Below are positions 11,062 to 19,642 of a DNA stretch of 40,826 bases, in pieces. The translations under genes and the position numbers were made by a program. Within the stretch, counting starts at the first letter, position 1; every line of letters begins with the position of its first letter. The notes under the pieces were generated by a model, which was not told where the DNA came from, did not search any database, and worked only from the letters and a program-made list of their open reading frames with translations. Source of the stretch: Acidobacteriota bacterium (GTDB taxonomy: Bacteria > Acidobacteriota > Thermoanaerobaculia > Multivoradales > UBA5704); NCBI GenBank assembly GCA_040005235.1, contig JBDTZG010000048.1, positions 1 to 40,826 of the forward strand, read 5' to 3'.

Positions 11062-11618
11062 TGGGTCTTCTCCGTCCGAGCCTGCCGCCCGGTGACCGCT
11101 TCGGCGCCCTGGCCGAGTTCGCCGATCCCGCCGAGCTGTACCACGCCTGCGAAGCGGTTCGCGATGCCGGCTACACGAAGTGGGACGCCCATACGCCGTT
11201 CCCCATTCATGGCTTGGACCGGGCGATGGGCCTCAAGGCCTCGAAGCTTCCCTGGGTGGTGCTGATCATGGCCCTCGGCGGCGCGCTCGCCGGGATCGGC
11301 CTTCAGGGGTGGGTGAGCACGACCGCCTATCCGCTGGTGATCAGCGGCAAGCCATTCTTCAGTTGGCCGGCGTTCGTGCCGATCACCTTCGAGCTTTCCA
11401 TCCTGGGTGGCGCCTTGGGCGCGGTATTCGGGATGTTCGCGATGAACCAGCTGCCGACCTTGTACCACCCGCTGTTTGGGAAGACGAGCTTCGAGCGGGC
11501 GAGCGACGACGGGTTCTTCCTCTCGATCGAATCGTGGGATCCGAAATTCGACCCCGACCGCACCGTGGAGATGCTGCGCCAACTAGGGGCCAAAGAGGTC
11601 GAGCTGGTCTCAAGCTAG
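11061..11618 (+). CDS. actD: Alternative complex III subunit D (DUF3341)
   Basis: AEF.DP..L.HA...VRDAGY...DAHTPFP.HGLD.A.G, SGKPFFSWPAFVPITFEL; TGATG coupling to actC. Confidence 0.92.
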
Positions 11619-11630
11619 CGAAATGTCCCG

Positions 11631-12863
11631 ATGACCGATCACGCACACTCTTCCGCTTCGCGCCCCGCCGTGCTCCTCGCGTCGTCGTTCTGGCTGCCGC
11701 AGGGTCACGCCTGGCGGCGCTTTCCCCTCGTAGGCTTGGTGCTCGCGGCCCTTGGCCTCGGGGCCAGCCTGGCGGGTGGCTTGGCCAGCCCGGCGATGCG
11801 CTCCCAGCTCTGGCATTCCTGGCTGGTCGGCGCCTTGTTCGCCCTCAGCATCGGCTTGGGCGGTCTGTTCTTCGTGCTCGTCCATCACTCGACGCAGTCG
11901 GGGTGGGGCGTGGTGGTCCGGCGGATCGGCGAAAACGCCATGGCGACGCTGCCGTGGATGGCGCTGCTGTTCGTGCCGTTGATCTTTGGGCTAGGCGACC
12001 TGTTTCCCTGGAGCCACGCCGACGCGGTGGCCAAGGATCCTTTGCTGCTCCACAAGCAGCCCTACCTGAACCCGACGTTCTTCCTGATCCGCACGGTCGT
12101 CTATTTCGCCATCTGGTCGTTCCTGGCGATCCGGCTGGGAGCTCTGTCGCGGCTTCAGGACAAGACCGGCGATCACGACCTCACCCGGCGGATGCGGCGG
12201 ATGAGCGCTCCAGGGCTGATCCTGTTCGCGCTCTCGGTCACCTTCTTCTCTTTCGACTGGGTGATGTCGCTCGATCCGCATTGGTATTCGACCATTTTCG
12301 GGGTGTACTTCTTCGCCGGTTCGGTGATGGCCTTCTTCGCCTTCATGACGCTCATCGCCATTGGGCAGCAGACCCTGCTTCCCCGGGTGGTCAACGAAGA
12401 GCATCTGCACGACATCACGAAGCTCATGTTCGCGTTTCTGGTTTTCTGGGCCTACATGGCGTTTTCCCAGTTCATGCTGATCTGGTACGCGAACCTGCCG
12501 GAAGAGACCGGGTTCTTCGCCCAGCGCCTGGCCGGTTCCTGGCGGCCGGTGAGCATCGCTCTAACGCTCGGCCATTTCATCGTGCCGTTCTTCTTCCTGC
12601 TGCCGCGCACGATCAAGCGGAGTCCGAAAGCCTCGGCGATCGCCGCGCTCTGGCTCCTCGTCATGCATGCGATCGACATGTACTGGCTGGTCATGCCCAG
12701 CCTTCATGTCGGAAGCATCACCCTCAGTTGGCTCGACGTCGCGGCCCTCGTGGGCTGCACGGGTGTTTTTTTGGCGGCGTTCGGCTCGTCGCTCGGGCGC
12801 CAGGCTCTGGTCCCGTTGCGCGACCCGCGCCTACCGGAGTCGATGACCTTCGAGAACCAGTGA
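11631..12863 (+). CDS. actF: Alternative complex III subunit F
   Basis: GWGVVVRRI.E, K.PYLN..FF..R, DWVMSLDPHWYSTIFG, FWAYM.FSQFMLIWYANLPEET, DPRL.ES. Confidence 0.92.
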   Translation: MTDHAHSSASRPAVLLASSFWLPQGHAWRRFPLVGLVLAALGLGASLAGGLASPAMRSQLWHSWLVGALFALSIGLGGLFFVLVHHSTQSGWGVVVRRIGENAMATLPWMALLFVPLIFGLGDLFPWSHADAVAKDPLLLHKQPYLNPTFFLIRTVVYFAIWSFLAIRLGALSRLQDKTGDHDLTRRMRRMSAPGLILFALSVTFFSFDWVMSLDPHWYSTIFGVYFFAGSVMAFFAFMTLIAIGQQTLLPRVVNEEHLHDITKLMFAFLVFWAYMAFSQFMLIWYANLPEETGFFAQRLAGSWRPVSIALTLGHFIVPFFFLLPRTIKRSPKASAIAALWLLVMHAIDMYWLVMPSLHVGSITLSWLDVAALVGCTGVFLAAFGSSLGRQALVPLRDPRLPESMTFENQ

Positions 12864-12934
12864 AAATCTCGCTAGGATAGGCAGGTCGGCGCGTTCTCGA
12901 AATCAACCTTAGCCCATTCAGAAGGAGCTTAAAG

Positions 12935-13651
12935 ATGTCCAATCAGAAGAATGTCCTGGCCGGCGGCTGTGTCGCCCTGGCCCTCGCCCTGACAGCCGGC
13001 CCGGCATTGGCTGGCGATATCGTCGGAACCGTCAACTACACCGGGAAAGTCCCGACGCTGAAGCCGATCGCGATGGATGCCGATCCGGTCTGCGCCAAGA
13101 AGCACACTTCGCCGGTGCCGAGCGAGGCGCTGGTATTGGGTGCGGGCAACACGATGGGTAACGTCATGGTGCGGGTCAAAGGTGCCGTCGCTGGAAACTA
13201 TCCGGCTCCCGCCGCGCCGGTGGTGATCGACCAGAAGGGCTGCCAGTACCACCCGCATGTGCTGGGCATCCGGGTCGGCCAGACCCTGAAGCTCAAGAAC
13301 TCGGACGGTTTGCTCCACAACGTGCACGCCCTGCCGAAGGTCAATACCCCGTTCAACATGGCGATGCCCGCCAATCGCACCGAGGCGGATTCCAAGTTCG
13401 GCAAGGAAGAGGGGATGTTCCTGGTCAAGTGCGACGTCCACGGCTGGATGGCCGCCTACGTCGGAGTCTTCTCGAACCCCTTCTTCTCGGTCACGGGTCC
13501 GGACGGCAAGTTCAAGATCTCGGGCCTGCCGCCGGGCACCTACGACGTCGAGGCCTGGCAGGAAAAGCTGGGCATGAAGACGATGAAGGTGACCGTCACC
13601 GCCGCCAAGGCGGGCACCGCGAACTTCTCGTTCGCGCCGCCGGCCAAGTAA
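12935..13651 (+). CDS. Secreted cupredoxin-like protein with carboxypeptidase-regulatory-like C-terminal domain
   Basis: Signal peptide ALA-G; HNVH...CDVHGWM type-1 Cu ligand pattern; T..DG.F.I.GLPPGTY.VEAW; AAGGAG RBS. Confidence 0.85.
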   Translation: MSNQKNVLAGGCVALALALTAGPALAGDIVGTVNYTGKVPTLKPIAMDADPVCAKKHTSPVPSEALVLGAGNTMGNVMVRVKGAVAGNYPAPAAPVVIDQKGCQYHPHVLGIRVGQTLKLKNSDGLLHNVHALPKVNTPFNMAMPANRTEADSKFGKEEGMFLVKCDVHGWMAAYVGVFSNPFFSVTGPDGKFKISGLPPGTYDVEAWQEKLGMKTMKVTVTAAKAGTANFSFAPPAK

Positions 13652-13716
13652 ACTCTTGAGCTAGACCCGAGATCGAACCGAAAGACCGAGTAACCCGAAA
13701 GCCACCAGGGAGAGCC

Positions 13717-15501
13717 ATGGCCACGACCGAACTTGCGCCCGCTCATGCCGGAGCCGCGCACGACCACGAGCACGCCGAGCACCCGGAGCTGGGCTTCTGG
13801 CGCAAGTACGTGTTCTCGACCGACCACAAGGTCATCGGCATCCAGTATGCGGTGACCGGCCTGTTGTTTTTGCTGTTCGGCTTCTGCCTGGTGATGCTGA
13901 TGCGCTGGCAGCTCGCCTTCCCCGGACGTGCCCTGCCGCTGATCGGCAAGCTGTTCGGCGAGGCGCGCATGCCGGGGGGCTCGATGCTCCCCGAGTTCTA
14001 CAACGAGCTCGGCGCCATGCACGGCACGATCATGGTGTTCCTCGGCGTCGTGCCGCTCGCGGTCGGCGGCTTCGGGAACTTCGTGCTGCCGCTCCAGATC
14101 GGCGCGCCCGACATGGCGTTCCCGAAGATCAACATGGCGAGCTACTGGTCCTACTTCCTGGGCGGCATCACGATGCTCGGCAGCTTCTTCGTTCCCGGGG
14201 GCGCGGCGCAGTCGGGTTGGACTTCCTACGCGCCGCTGTCGGTGATCGCGGGCGAAGGGCAGACGATCTGGTTGATCGGCATGATCTTCCTGATCACGTC
14301 GTCCTTGCTCGGCTCGATCAACTTCATCGTCACCACGGTGCAGCTGCGCGCCAAAGGGCTCTCCTACTTCCGCCTTCCGTTCTTCTGCTGGGCGCAGCTG
14401 GTCACCTCGTTCCTGCTGCTGCTCGCCTTTCCTCCCTTGGAGGCGGCGGGCATTCTGCAGTTGATGGACCGGCTGGCCGGGTCGAGCTTCTTCATGCCGA
14501 GCGGCCTCGTGGTCTCCGGCCAGGCGCTCGCCTATACCGGCGGCGGCAACCCGATCCTCTGGCAGCACTTGTTCTGGTTCCTGGCCCACCCCGAGGTGTA
14601 CGTCCTGATCCTGCCGGCGTTCGGAATCGTCGCCGAGGTGGTGGCGAACAACACCCGGAAGCCGCTGTTCGGCTACAAGATCATGGTGTACTCGCTCTGG
14701 TTCCTCGGGTTCATGTCGTTCGTCGTCTGGGCGCACCACATGTTCTTCACCGGCATGGGCACCACGATGGCGACGTTCTTCCAGACCACCACGATGATCA
14801 TCTCGATCCCCTCGGTGGCGCTGCTCACCTCGCTGCTGATCTCCCTCTGGGGGGGCTCGATCCGCTTCACGACGCCGATGCTGTTCGCGCTCGCCTTCCT
14901 GCCGATGTTCGGTATCGGCGGCCTGACGGGCCTGCCTCTGGGCTTGTCGGCCGCGGACATTCCGCTCCATGACACCTACTACGTGATCGGCCACTTCCAC
15001 TACGTGGTGGCGCCGGGAACCCTGTTCGCCCTGTTCGCCGGGATCTACTACTGGTACCCCAAGGCGACCGGCCGGATGATGAGCGAGAAGCTCGGCAAGG
15101 TCCATTTCTGGCCCTCGTTGATCTTCATCAACGGCATCTTCATGCCGATGTTCATCCAGGGGCTGGCGGGCGTTTCGCGACGCCTGTACGACGGCGGCGC
15201 CTCGTACGACTTCGCCAAAGAAGTGACCCACTGGAACGTGTTCATGTCGATGTCGGCCTGGGGCTTGGCGCTCGCCCAGATTCCCTTCATCATCAACTTC
15301 TTCTGGAGCATCAAGCACGGCAAGAAGGTCGGCGACAATCCCTGGCAGGCGACCACGCTCGAATGGGTGGCCCCTTCGCCGCCGCCGCACGGCAACTTCC
15401 TCACGCCGCCCGAGGTGTACCGCGGCCCCTACGAGTACAGCGTTCCGGGGCATCCCACCGACTACACGCCGCAGTTCCAGCTGGAACAGAAGGCGAGCTG
15501 A
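13717..15501 (+). CDS. coxA: Heme-copper oxidase subunit I (A family, A1-like)
   Basis: STDHK.IG, HGTIM, PDMAFP..N, AHPEVY, WAHHM, LHDTY...HFHY, SRR. Confidence 0.97.
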   Translation: MATTELAPAHAGAAHDHEHAEHPELGFWRKYVFSTDHKVIGIQYAVTGLLFLLFGFCLVMLMRWQLAFPGRALPLIGKLFGEARMPGGSMLPEFYNELGAMHGTIMVFLGVVPLAVGGFGNFVLPLQIGAPDMAFPKINMASYWSYFLGGITMLGSFFVPGGAAQSGWTSYAPLSVIAGEGQTIWLIGMIFLITSSLLGSINFIVTTVQLRAKGLSYFRLPFFCWAQLVTSFLLLLAFPPLEAAGILQLMDRLAGSSFFMPSGLVVSGQALAYTGGGNPILWQHLFWFLAHPEVYVLILPAFGIVAEVVANNTRKPLFGYKIMVYSLWFLGFMSFVVWAHHMFFTGMGTTMATFFQTTTMIISIPSVALLTSLLISLWGGSIRFTTPMLFALAFLPMFGIGGLTGLPLGLSAADIPLHDTYYVIGHFHYVVAPGTLFALFAGIYYWYPKATGRMMSEKLGKVHFWPSLIFINGIFMPMFIQGLAGVSRRLYDGGASYDFAKEVTHWNVFMSMSAWGLALAQIPFIINFFWSIKHGKKVGDNPWQATTLEWVAPSPPPHGNFLTPPEVYRGPYEYSVPGHPTDYTPQFQLEQKAS

Positions 15502-15510
15502 GGCGAGGCC

Positions 15511-16101
15511 ATGGAAATTCCCTACACCGTCGCGGAGCGGCCCGACACCGGGCTCAACAACGGCAAGATCGGCATTTGGCTGTTTCTCGCCTCGGAAGTC
15601 ATGCTGTTCGGCGCCCTGTTCGCCACCTACCTGATGATGCGCACGGGAGCGGTCACCTGGCCACGCGGCGACTCGATCCTGAACGTGCCGCTCGCCACGC
15701 TCAACACCGTGGTGCTGATCTCGTCCAGCGTGACCATGGTCATGGCCTGGGCTTCGCTCAAGCGGAACAACTTCGCCAAGTTCCGCCTGTTCCAGGGCCT
15801 CACGGTGCTCGCCGGATTCGGCTTCCTGACCATCAAGTACATCGAGTACTCGCACAAGTTCGAGCTCGGCCTGTTCCCGAGCACGAACACGTTCCTGGCG
15901 ATCTACTTCACGCTCACGGGGCTCCACGGCCTGCACGTGATCGGCGGCATGGCGATCAACGCGTACCTCTGGGGTCCCGGCTCGAAGCTCTGGAAGACCG
16001 ATCCCGAGCACTTCACGAACCGGGTCGAGAACTCGGGGCTGTTCTGGCACTTCGTCGACTTGGTGTGGATCTTCCTGTTCCCGGTCCTCTACCTTCTCTA
16101 G
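15511..16101 (+). CDS. coxC: Cytochrome c oxidase subunit III
   Basis: GIWLFLASEVMLF, NT.VLISSS, LTGLHGLHV, WHFVDLVWIFLFP..YL. Confidence 0.95.
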   Translation: MEIPYTVAERPDTGLNNGKIGIWLFLASEVMLFGALFATYLMMRTGAVTWPRGDSILNVPLATLNTVVLISSSVTMVMAWASLKRNNFAKFRLFQGLTVLAGFGFLTIKYIEYSHKFELGLFPSTNTFLAIYFTLTGLHGLHVIGGMAINAYLWGPGSKLWKTDPEHFTNRVENSGLFWHFVDLVWIFLFPVLYLL

Positions 16102-16132
16102 TCCGGGCTTGCGCGCAAGGAGTCGCACCTCT

Positions 16133-16438
16133 ATGGGCAATCACGATAGCCACGCCGACCTCGACCGCCAGGTAAAGGTCTACATCCTCATCTTCATCAC
16201 CCTGCTGGTGCTCACCATGGTCACCGTCGCCGTGTCGCGCCTGCATTTGCCGGTGGCGGCTGCGGTCACCGTGGCCCTGATCGTGGCCTCGATCAAGGGC
16301 GGTCTGGTGGCGAGCTTCTTCATGCACCTGATCTCCGAGCGGAAGCTGATCCTCTGGGTGCTCGGTTTCACCGTGGCTTTCTTCCTGGCGGTGCTGCTGC
16401 TGCCGCTCTGGACTCATTTCGACGCCATCGTCAATTGA
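16133..16438 (+). CDS. coxD: Cytochrome c oxidase subunit IV family
   Basis: Three TM helices; L..LT..TV, A..K..LV..FFMHL..E. Confidence 0.9.
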   Translation: MGNHDSHADLDRQVKVYILIFITLLVLTMVTVAVSRLHLPVAAAVTVALIVASIKGGLVASFFMHLISERKLILWVLGFTVAFFLAVLLLPLWTHFDAIVN

Positions 16439-16451
16439 CGGAGGTGAGCGC

Positions 16452-16649
16452 ATGAACCTCAAAAGCTTCCACGTCGTCTTCATCGCCTGCGCGACCGCCC
16501 TCGCCTTTCTGTTCGGCGCCTGGGCTTTGGGCAGCCAGGTGTTTGCCGGGACGCTGCGACTCGTCGCCGCTTGGGGCTCTTTTGCCGTCGGCGCGGCCCT
16601 GATCGGCTATGAGACCTGGTTCCTGCGCTACTCGCGGGGTCAGCAATGA
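16452..16649 (+). CDS. Small two-TM membrane protein
   Basis: GGAGG RBS; M.LK.FH.VFI; ATGA overlap with next gene. Confidence 0.8.
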   Translation: MNLKSFHVVFIACATALAFLFGAWALGSQVFAGTLRLVAAWGSFAVGAALIGYETWFLRYSRGQQ

Positions 16650-16936
16650 CCAGCTTGCTGCGGCGCTCCGGTTGGGCGGGCGTGATGATCTGGACGGTCG
16701 CTGCGCTCTGGGCGGCACCGGCCGCCGCGTGCAGCGTCTGCTACGGCGACAGCACGAACGCCTCGCCGCTGATTACGTCCGCGAAGTTGGGGGTTCTGCT
16801 GCTACTCGGCTTCACCGTCGCCATGCTCGGCGGCTTTGCCAGATTCTTCTTCTATCTGCGTAACCGTGCGCGCCAGGCCGAGAGCGAAAACATCGCCGCG
16901 GAGTGGGCGCAACTGCAACGGAGTGCCTCGACATGA
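16646..16936 (+). CDS. Small exported, membrane-anchored CxxC protein
   Basis: Signal-like N-terminus, AAA-CSVCYG, one TM helix; ATGA overlaps at both ends. Confidence 0.8.
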   Translation: MTSLLRRSGWAGVMIWTVAALWAAPAAACSVCYGDSTNASPLITSAKLGVLLLLGFTVAMLGGFARFFFYLRNRARQAESENIAAEWAQLQRSAST

Positions 16937-17733
16937 ACAGGTGGCTTCCCCCGGTGGCCTCTGCGCACGGACCGCAGATCGACAGCGCCCTCACGTGGGT
17001 GCATTGGCTGATGGCGATTCTTTTCGTCGGCTGGATCATCTTCTTCGTGGTCGCCCTCTGGCGCTTTCGGCGTTCGCGCAATCCGGTGGCGAGCTACACG
17101 GGTGCGACGACCAACGCGTCGACCTGGCTCGAAGGAGCCGTGGCCGTCGCCGAAGGCATTCTGCTGATCGGAGTGGCGATTCCGCTCTGGGCTGCCCGCA
17201 CCTCCGAGTTTCCCGATAAAAAGGACGCCGTCGAGGTTCGCGTAGTGGGCGAGCAGTTCGCCTGGAACATCCACTATCCCGGTCCGGACGGCCTATTCGG
17301 AAAGACCTCGATCGCCAAGATCGACATCGAGAGCAATCCGCTGGGACTCGACCGCACCGATCCCGCAGCGCAGGACGACGTGACGACGATCAACCAGCTG
17401 CACTTACCCCTAGGCAAGCCGGTGATCGTCTATCTCTCCAGCAAGGACGTGATCCACAGCTTCAACCTGCCCGAAATGCGGATCAAGCAGGACGCCGTTC
17501 CAGGAATCGTCATCCCTATCTGGTGGGAGCCCACGGTCACCACCGCCCAGATGCGCGAGAAGCTCGGCAAGCCCGAGTTCGTCTACGAGATCGCCTGCGC
17601 CCAGCTCTGCGGCCTGGGCCACTACCGGATGCGCGGTTTCGTCACCATCGACGAGCCGGCCGAGTATCAGAAGTGGATGGACGAACAGGTCGCGGCGCAG
17701 AAGGGTACGGGCGAGGACGATATCTTCAACTAG
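16933..17733 (+). CDS. coxB: Cytochrome c oxidase subunit II (CuA)
   Basis: Two TM helices, QFAW.I.YPG, S.DVIHSF, KQDAVPG, CAQLCGLGHYRM; no cytochrome c fusion. Confidence 0.95.
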   Translation: MNRWLPPVASAHGPQIDSALTWVHWLMAILFVGWIIFFVVALWRFRRSRNPVASYTGATTNASTWLEGAVAVAEGILLIGVAIPLWAARTSEFPDKKDAVEVRVVGEQFAWNIHYPGPDGLFGKTSIAKIDIESNPLGLDRTDPAAQDDVTTINQLHLPLGKPVIVYLSSKDVIHSFNLPEMRIKQDAVPGIVIPIWWEPTVTTAQMREKLGKPEFVYEIACAQLCGLGHYRMRGFVTIDEPAEYQKWMDEQVAAQKGTGEDDIFN

Positions 17734-17767
17734 GGGGCGTCTGGAGCGCGGGTTGGGGCGAGGTGAC

Positions 17768-19141
17768 CTACTTCGCCCCGAACCCAAAAACCTTAGGCGT
17801 CGGCATCTTCGCGCGGATCTCGTCCAGCACCGTCGCCGTCACCAGGTCCACGCCGTTCTTCTCGCACCAGGTCTCGACCGATCGGGTGACCATGCCGCGC
17901 ACGAAGGCGGGGATGCGCTTCATTCGTTCGTGGGCATCGGGTTCCCAACGTAGGGCGGCGGCCACGGTGGTGCCATATTCGATCGCCTTGGGACGCAGGC
18001 GATCTACCGCGGCCTGGAGCGTTCCGGGCTGGTGGGTGCAGAGCGGATCTTCGGCCATGACATCGCCGGTCATTCCGTGGGCTCTGGCCCGGCAGCCGCC
18101 GCACATTCCGCTCAGCTCACAGGCGCCGCAGCGTCCGCCGAGGTTGTTGCGTTGACGGATCTGGGTGAACAGGTCGGAGGTGTCCCAGATCTCGCGCAGG
18201 CCGGTCGATCCCAGGTTGCCGGCGAAGAGCGGCAGATAGGGGCAGGGGGTGACGTCTCCGTTCGGCCGAATGCCCAGGTAGTGGGTTCCTGCCGGGCAGC
18301 CGCCCGCTCCTCCTTCGAAGCTCTTCGGGAAAGGAGCGGGGGAGTCCGACGAGAGTAGGGTGCGAACGAAGTGCGGCGCGCATTTGGCGTTCACCAGCAT
18401 CTTCGAGGACCACTTTCGCTGGATCTCGGCTAGTTGGGCGAGGACCTGATCGTATTCCTCCGGGGCGAAGTCGCTAACGAACGAACCTCTGCCGCTCGGC
18501 ACCAGGAAATAGACGTTCCAGACCTTGGCGCCCAGCTCGTCGTGGGCGAAGGCGGCGATCGCTTCCAGCTCTTCCCGGTTGTGAGCCCCCACGGTGGTTT
18601 GGACGATGAACGGCAGTCCGACCCGGGTGAGGATCTTCGCGCCCTCGACCGTGTTTGCCCAGGCGCCTCGGACTCTCCGGAAGGCGTCGTGCCGGGCGGG
18701 GTCGAGCGCATCGAGCGAGAGAGCCAGGCCGCGGACGCCTTCGGCCTTGAGGATCTCCGCCAGATTTTCGGTGATTTTGACGCCGTTGGTGCCGACGACG
18801 ACCCACAATTCCTTGGCGGCGGCGTAGCGGATGATGTCGACGATGTCGCGCCGCAGGAGCGGCTCGCCGCCGGTGAGGATCGTCACGCACTCGGGGGCGA
18901 AGGCGGCGATCTCGTCGACAATCCGGTAGCACTGCTCGGTGCCCAGCTCGCTTCGATCGGCGAACGCGGGGCTCGAAACCTTCGCCGGGCCGGCATCCAG
19001 GTAGCAATGCTCGCAGGCGAGGTTGCAACGATAGGTGAGGTTCCACGAGACGACGTACGGGCGCGAGAACGCGGCCGCCGCGGGGTCCGTCGGGCGTCCG
19101 ACTCCGGCGGCGGTGCGCGTGGTGGGAACGACGGCCTCCAC
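17768..19141 (-). CDS. Radical SAM/SPASM protein (AhbC/AhbD/NirJ-like) with C-terminal PCP_red-like domain
   Basis: WNLTYRCNLACEHCY, LTGGEPL.R.D, CAPH, GCPAG...I.PNG.VTPCPY, C..C....CGGCRARA, DPLC; tail W...A..R...IP.FVR. Confidence 0.9.
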   Translation of the reverse strand: MEAVVPTTRTAAGVGRPTDPAAAAFSRPYVVSWNLTYRCNLACEHCYLDAGPAKVSSPAFADRSELGTEQCYRIVDEIAAFAPECVTILTGGEPLLRRDIVDIIRYAAAKELWVVVGTNGVKITENLAEILKAEGVRGLALSLDALDPARHDAFRRVRGAWANTVEGAKILTRVGLPFIVQTTVGAHNREELEAIAAFAHDELGAKVWNVYFLVPSGRGSFVSDFAPEEYDQVLAQLAEIQRKWSSKMLVNAKCAPHFVRTLLSSDSPAPFPKSFEGGAGGCPAGTHYLGIRPNGDVTPCPYLPLFAGNLGSTGLREIWDTSDLFTQIRQRNNLGGRCGACELSGMCGGCRARAHGMTGDVMAEDPLCTHQPGTLQAAVDRLRPKAIEYGTTVAAALRWEPDAHERMKRIPAFVRGMVTRSVETWCEKNGVDLVTATVLDEIRAKMPTPKVFGFGAK

Positions 19142-19147
19142 CGGAGG

Positions 19148-19642
19148 CTACATTCCGAACCGCGATCGTGCTGAAGCGAGCACTTCCTCGTCGATCAACG
19201 CCTGCCCGTTTTCTCGGGCGACCATCTCGATTCCGGCGCGGGCCATCGGCCGCACCATTTCGGGGATCGCCTCCAGACGCTCCAGAGCGCCCGCGGTCCA
19301 CGCGGGGCCGCTGGGGGCTTCGGCAGCAGGCTGCGTGGTACCGCCGAGCATGGCGGAGAAGGGGCACTTGCCTGTCGGCGCGGCTTCTCCCGCACCGGCA
19401 GAGAATCCTGCCATCATCCCCGACGGCGACGGCATGCCGGGGTTGGCGATCGCCGCCGCGGCGGCCGGGCCGATCCTCACACCCAAGCTACGGACCATGT
19501 CGGTCTCGTGCTGGTTGGTGAGCATTGCCATCTCGTAGCCGCAGGCCGGGCAGCTGTAGACGACGGCGAGCGAGCCCGGCTCGCTCTCTTCCGTGGCGCG
19601 CATCCGCATCGGGGTGTCACAGGGGACGCAAAGGAACTTCAT
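19148..19642 (-). CDS. Zn-ribbon + CP-motif + PCP_red-like domain protein
   Basis: CVPC...CPAC, GKCPF, WT..A..RL..IP..VRPMAR..IE..A. Confidence 0.85.
   Translation of the reverse strand: MKFLCVPCDTPMRMRATEESEPGSLAVVYSCPACGYEMAMLTNQHETDMVRSLGVRIGPAAAAAIANPGMPSPSGMMAGFSAGAGEAAPTGKCPFSAMLGGTTQPAAEAPSGPAWTAGALERLEAIPEMVRPMARAGIEMVARENGQALIDEEVLASARSRFGM

Noticed and set aside
13717-15501. Nitric oxide reductase or quinol (bo3-type) oxidase
   Set aside because: The HPEVY tyrosine and a CuA-bearing subunit II indicate a cytochrome-c-oxidase-type O2 reductase scaffold.
13540-16140. 866-aa minus-strand ORF (also 9607-10995, 8160-9425, 23209-24738)
   Set aside because: Antisense shadows of well-supported genes, expected from high-GC codon bias.
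16730-16747. Heme-c binding site in the small ORF
   Set aside because: The motif is CSVCY, lacking the His of CxxCH.
17768-19642. Chlorophyll biosynthesis/phototrophy inferred from PCP_red-like domains
   Set aside because: Only the small C-terminal domain is present; no bchLNB catalytic subunits or photosynthesis genes.
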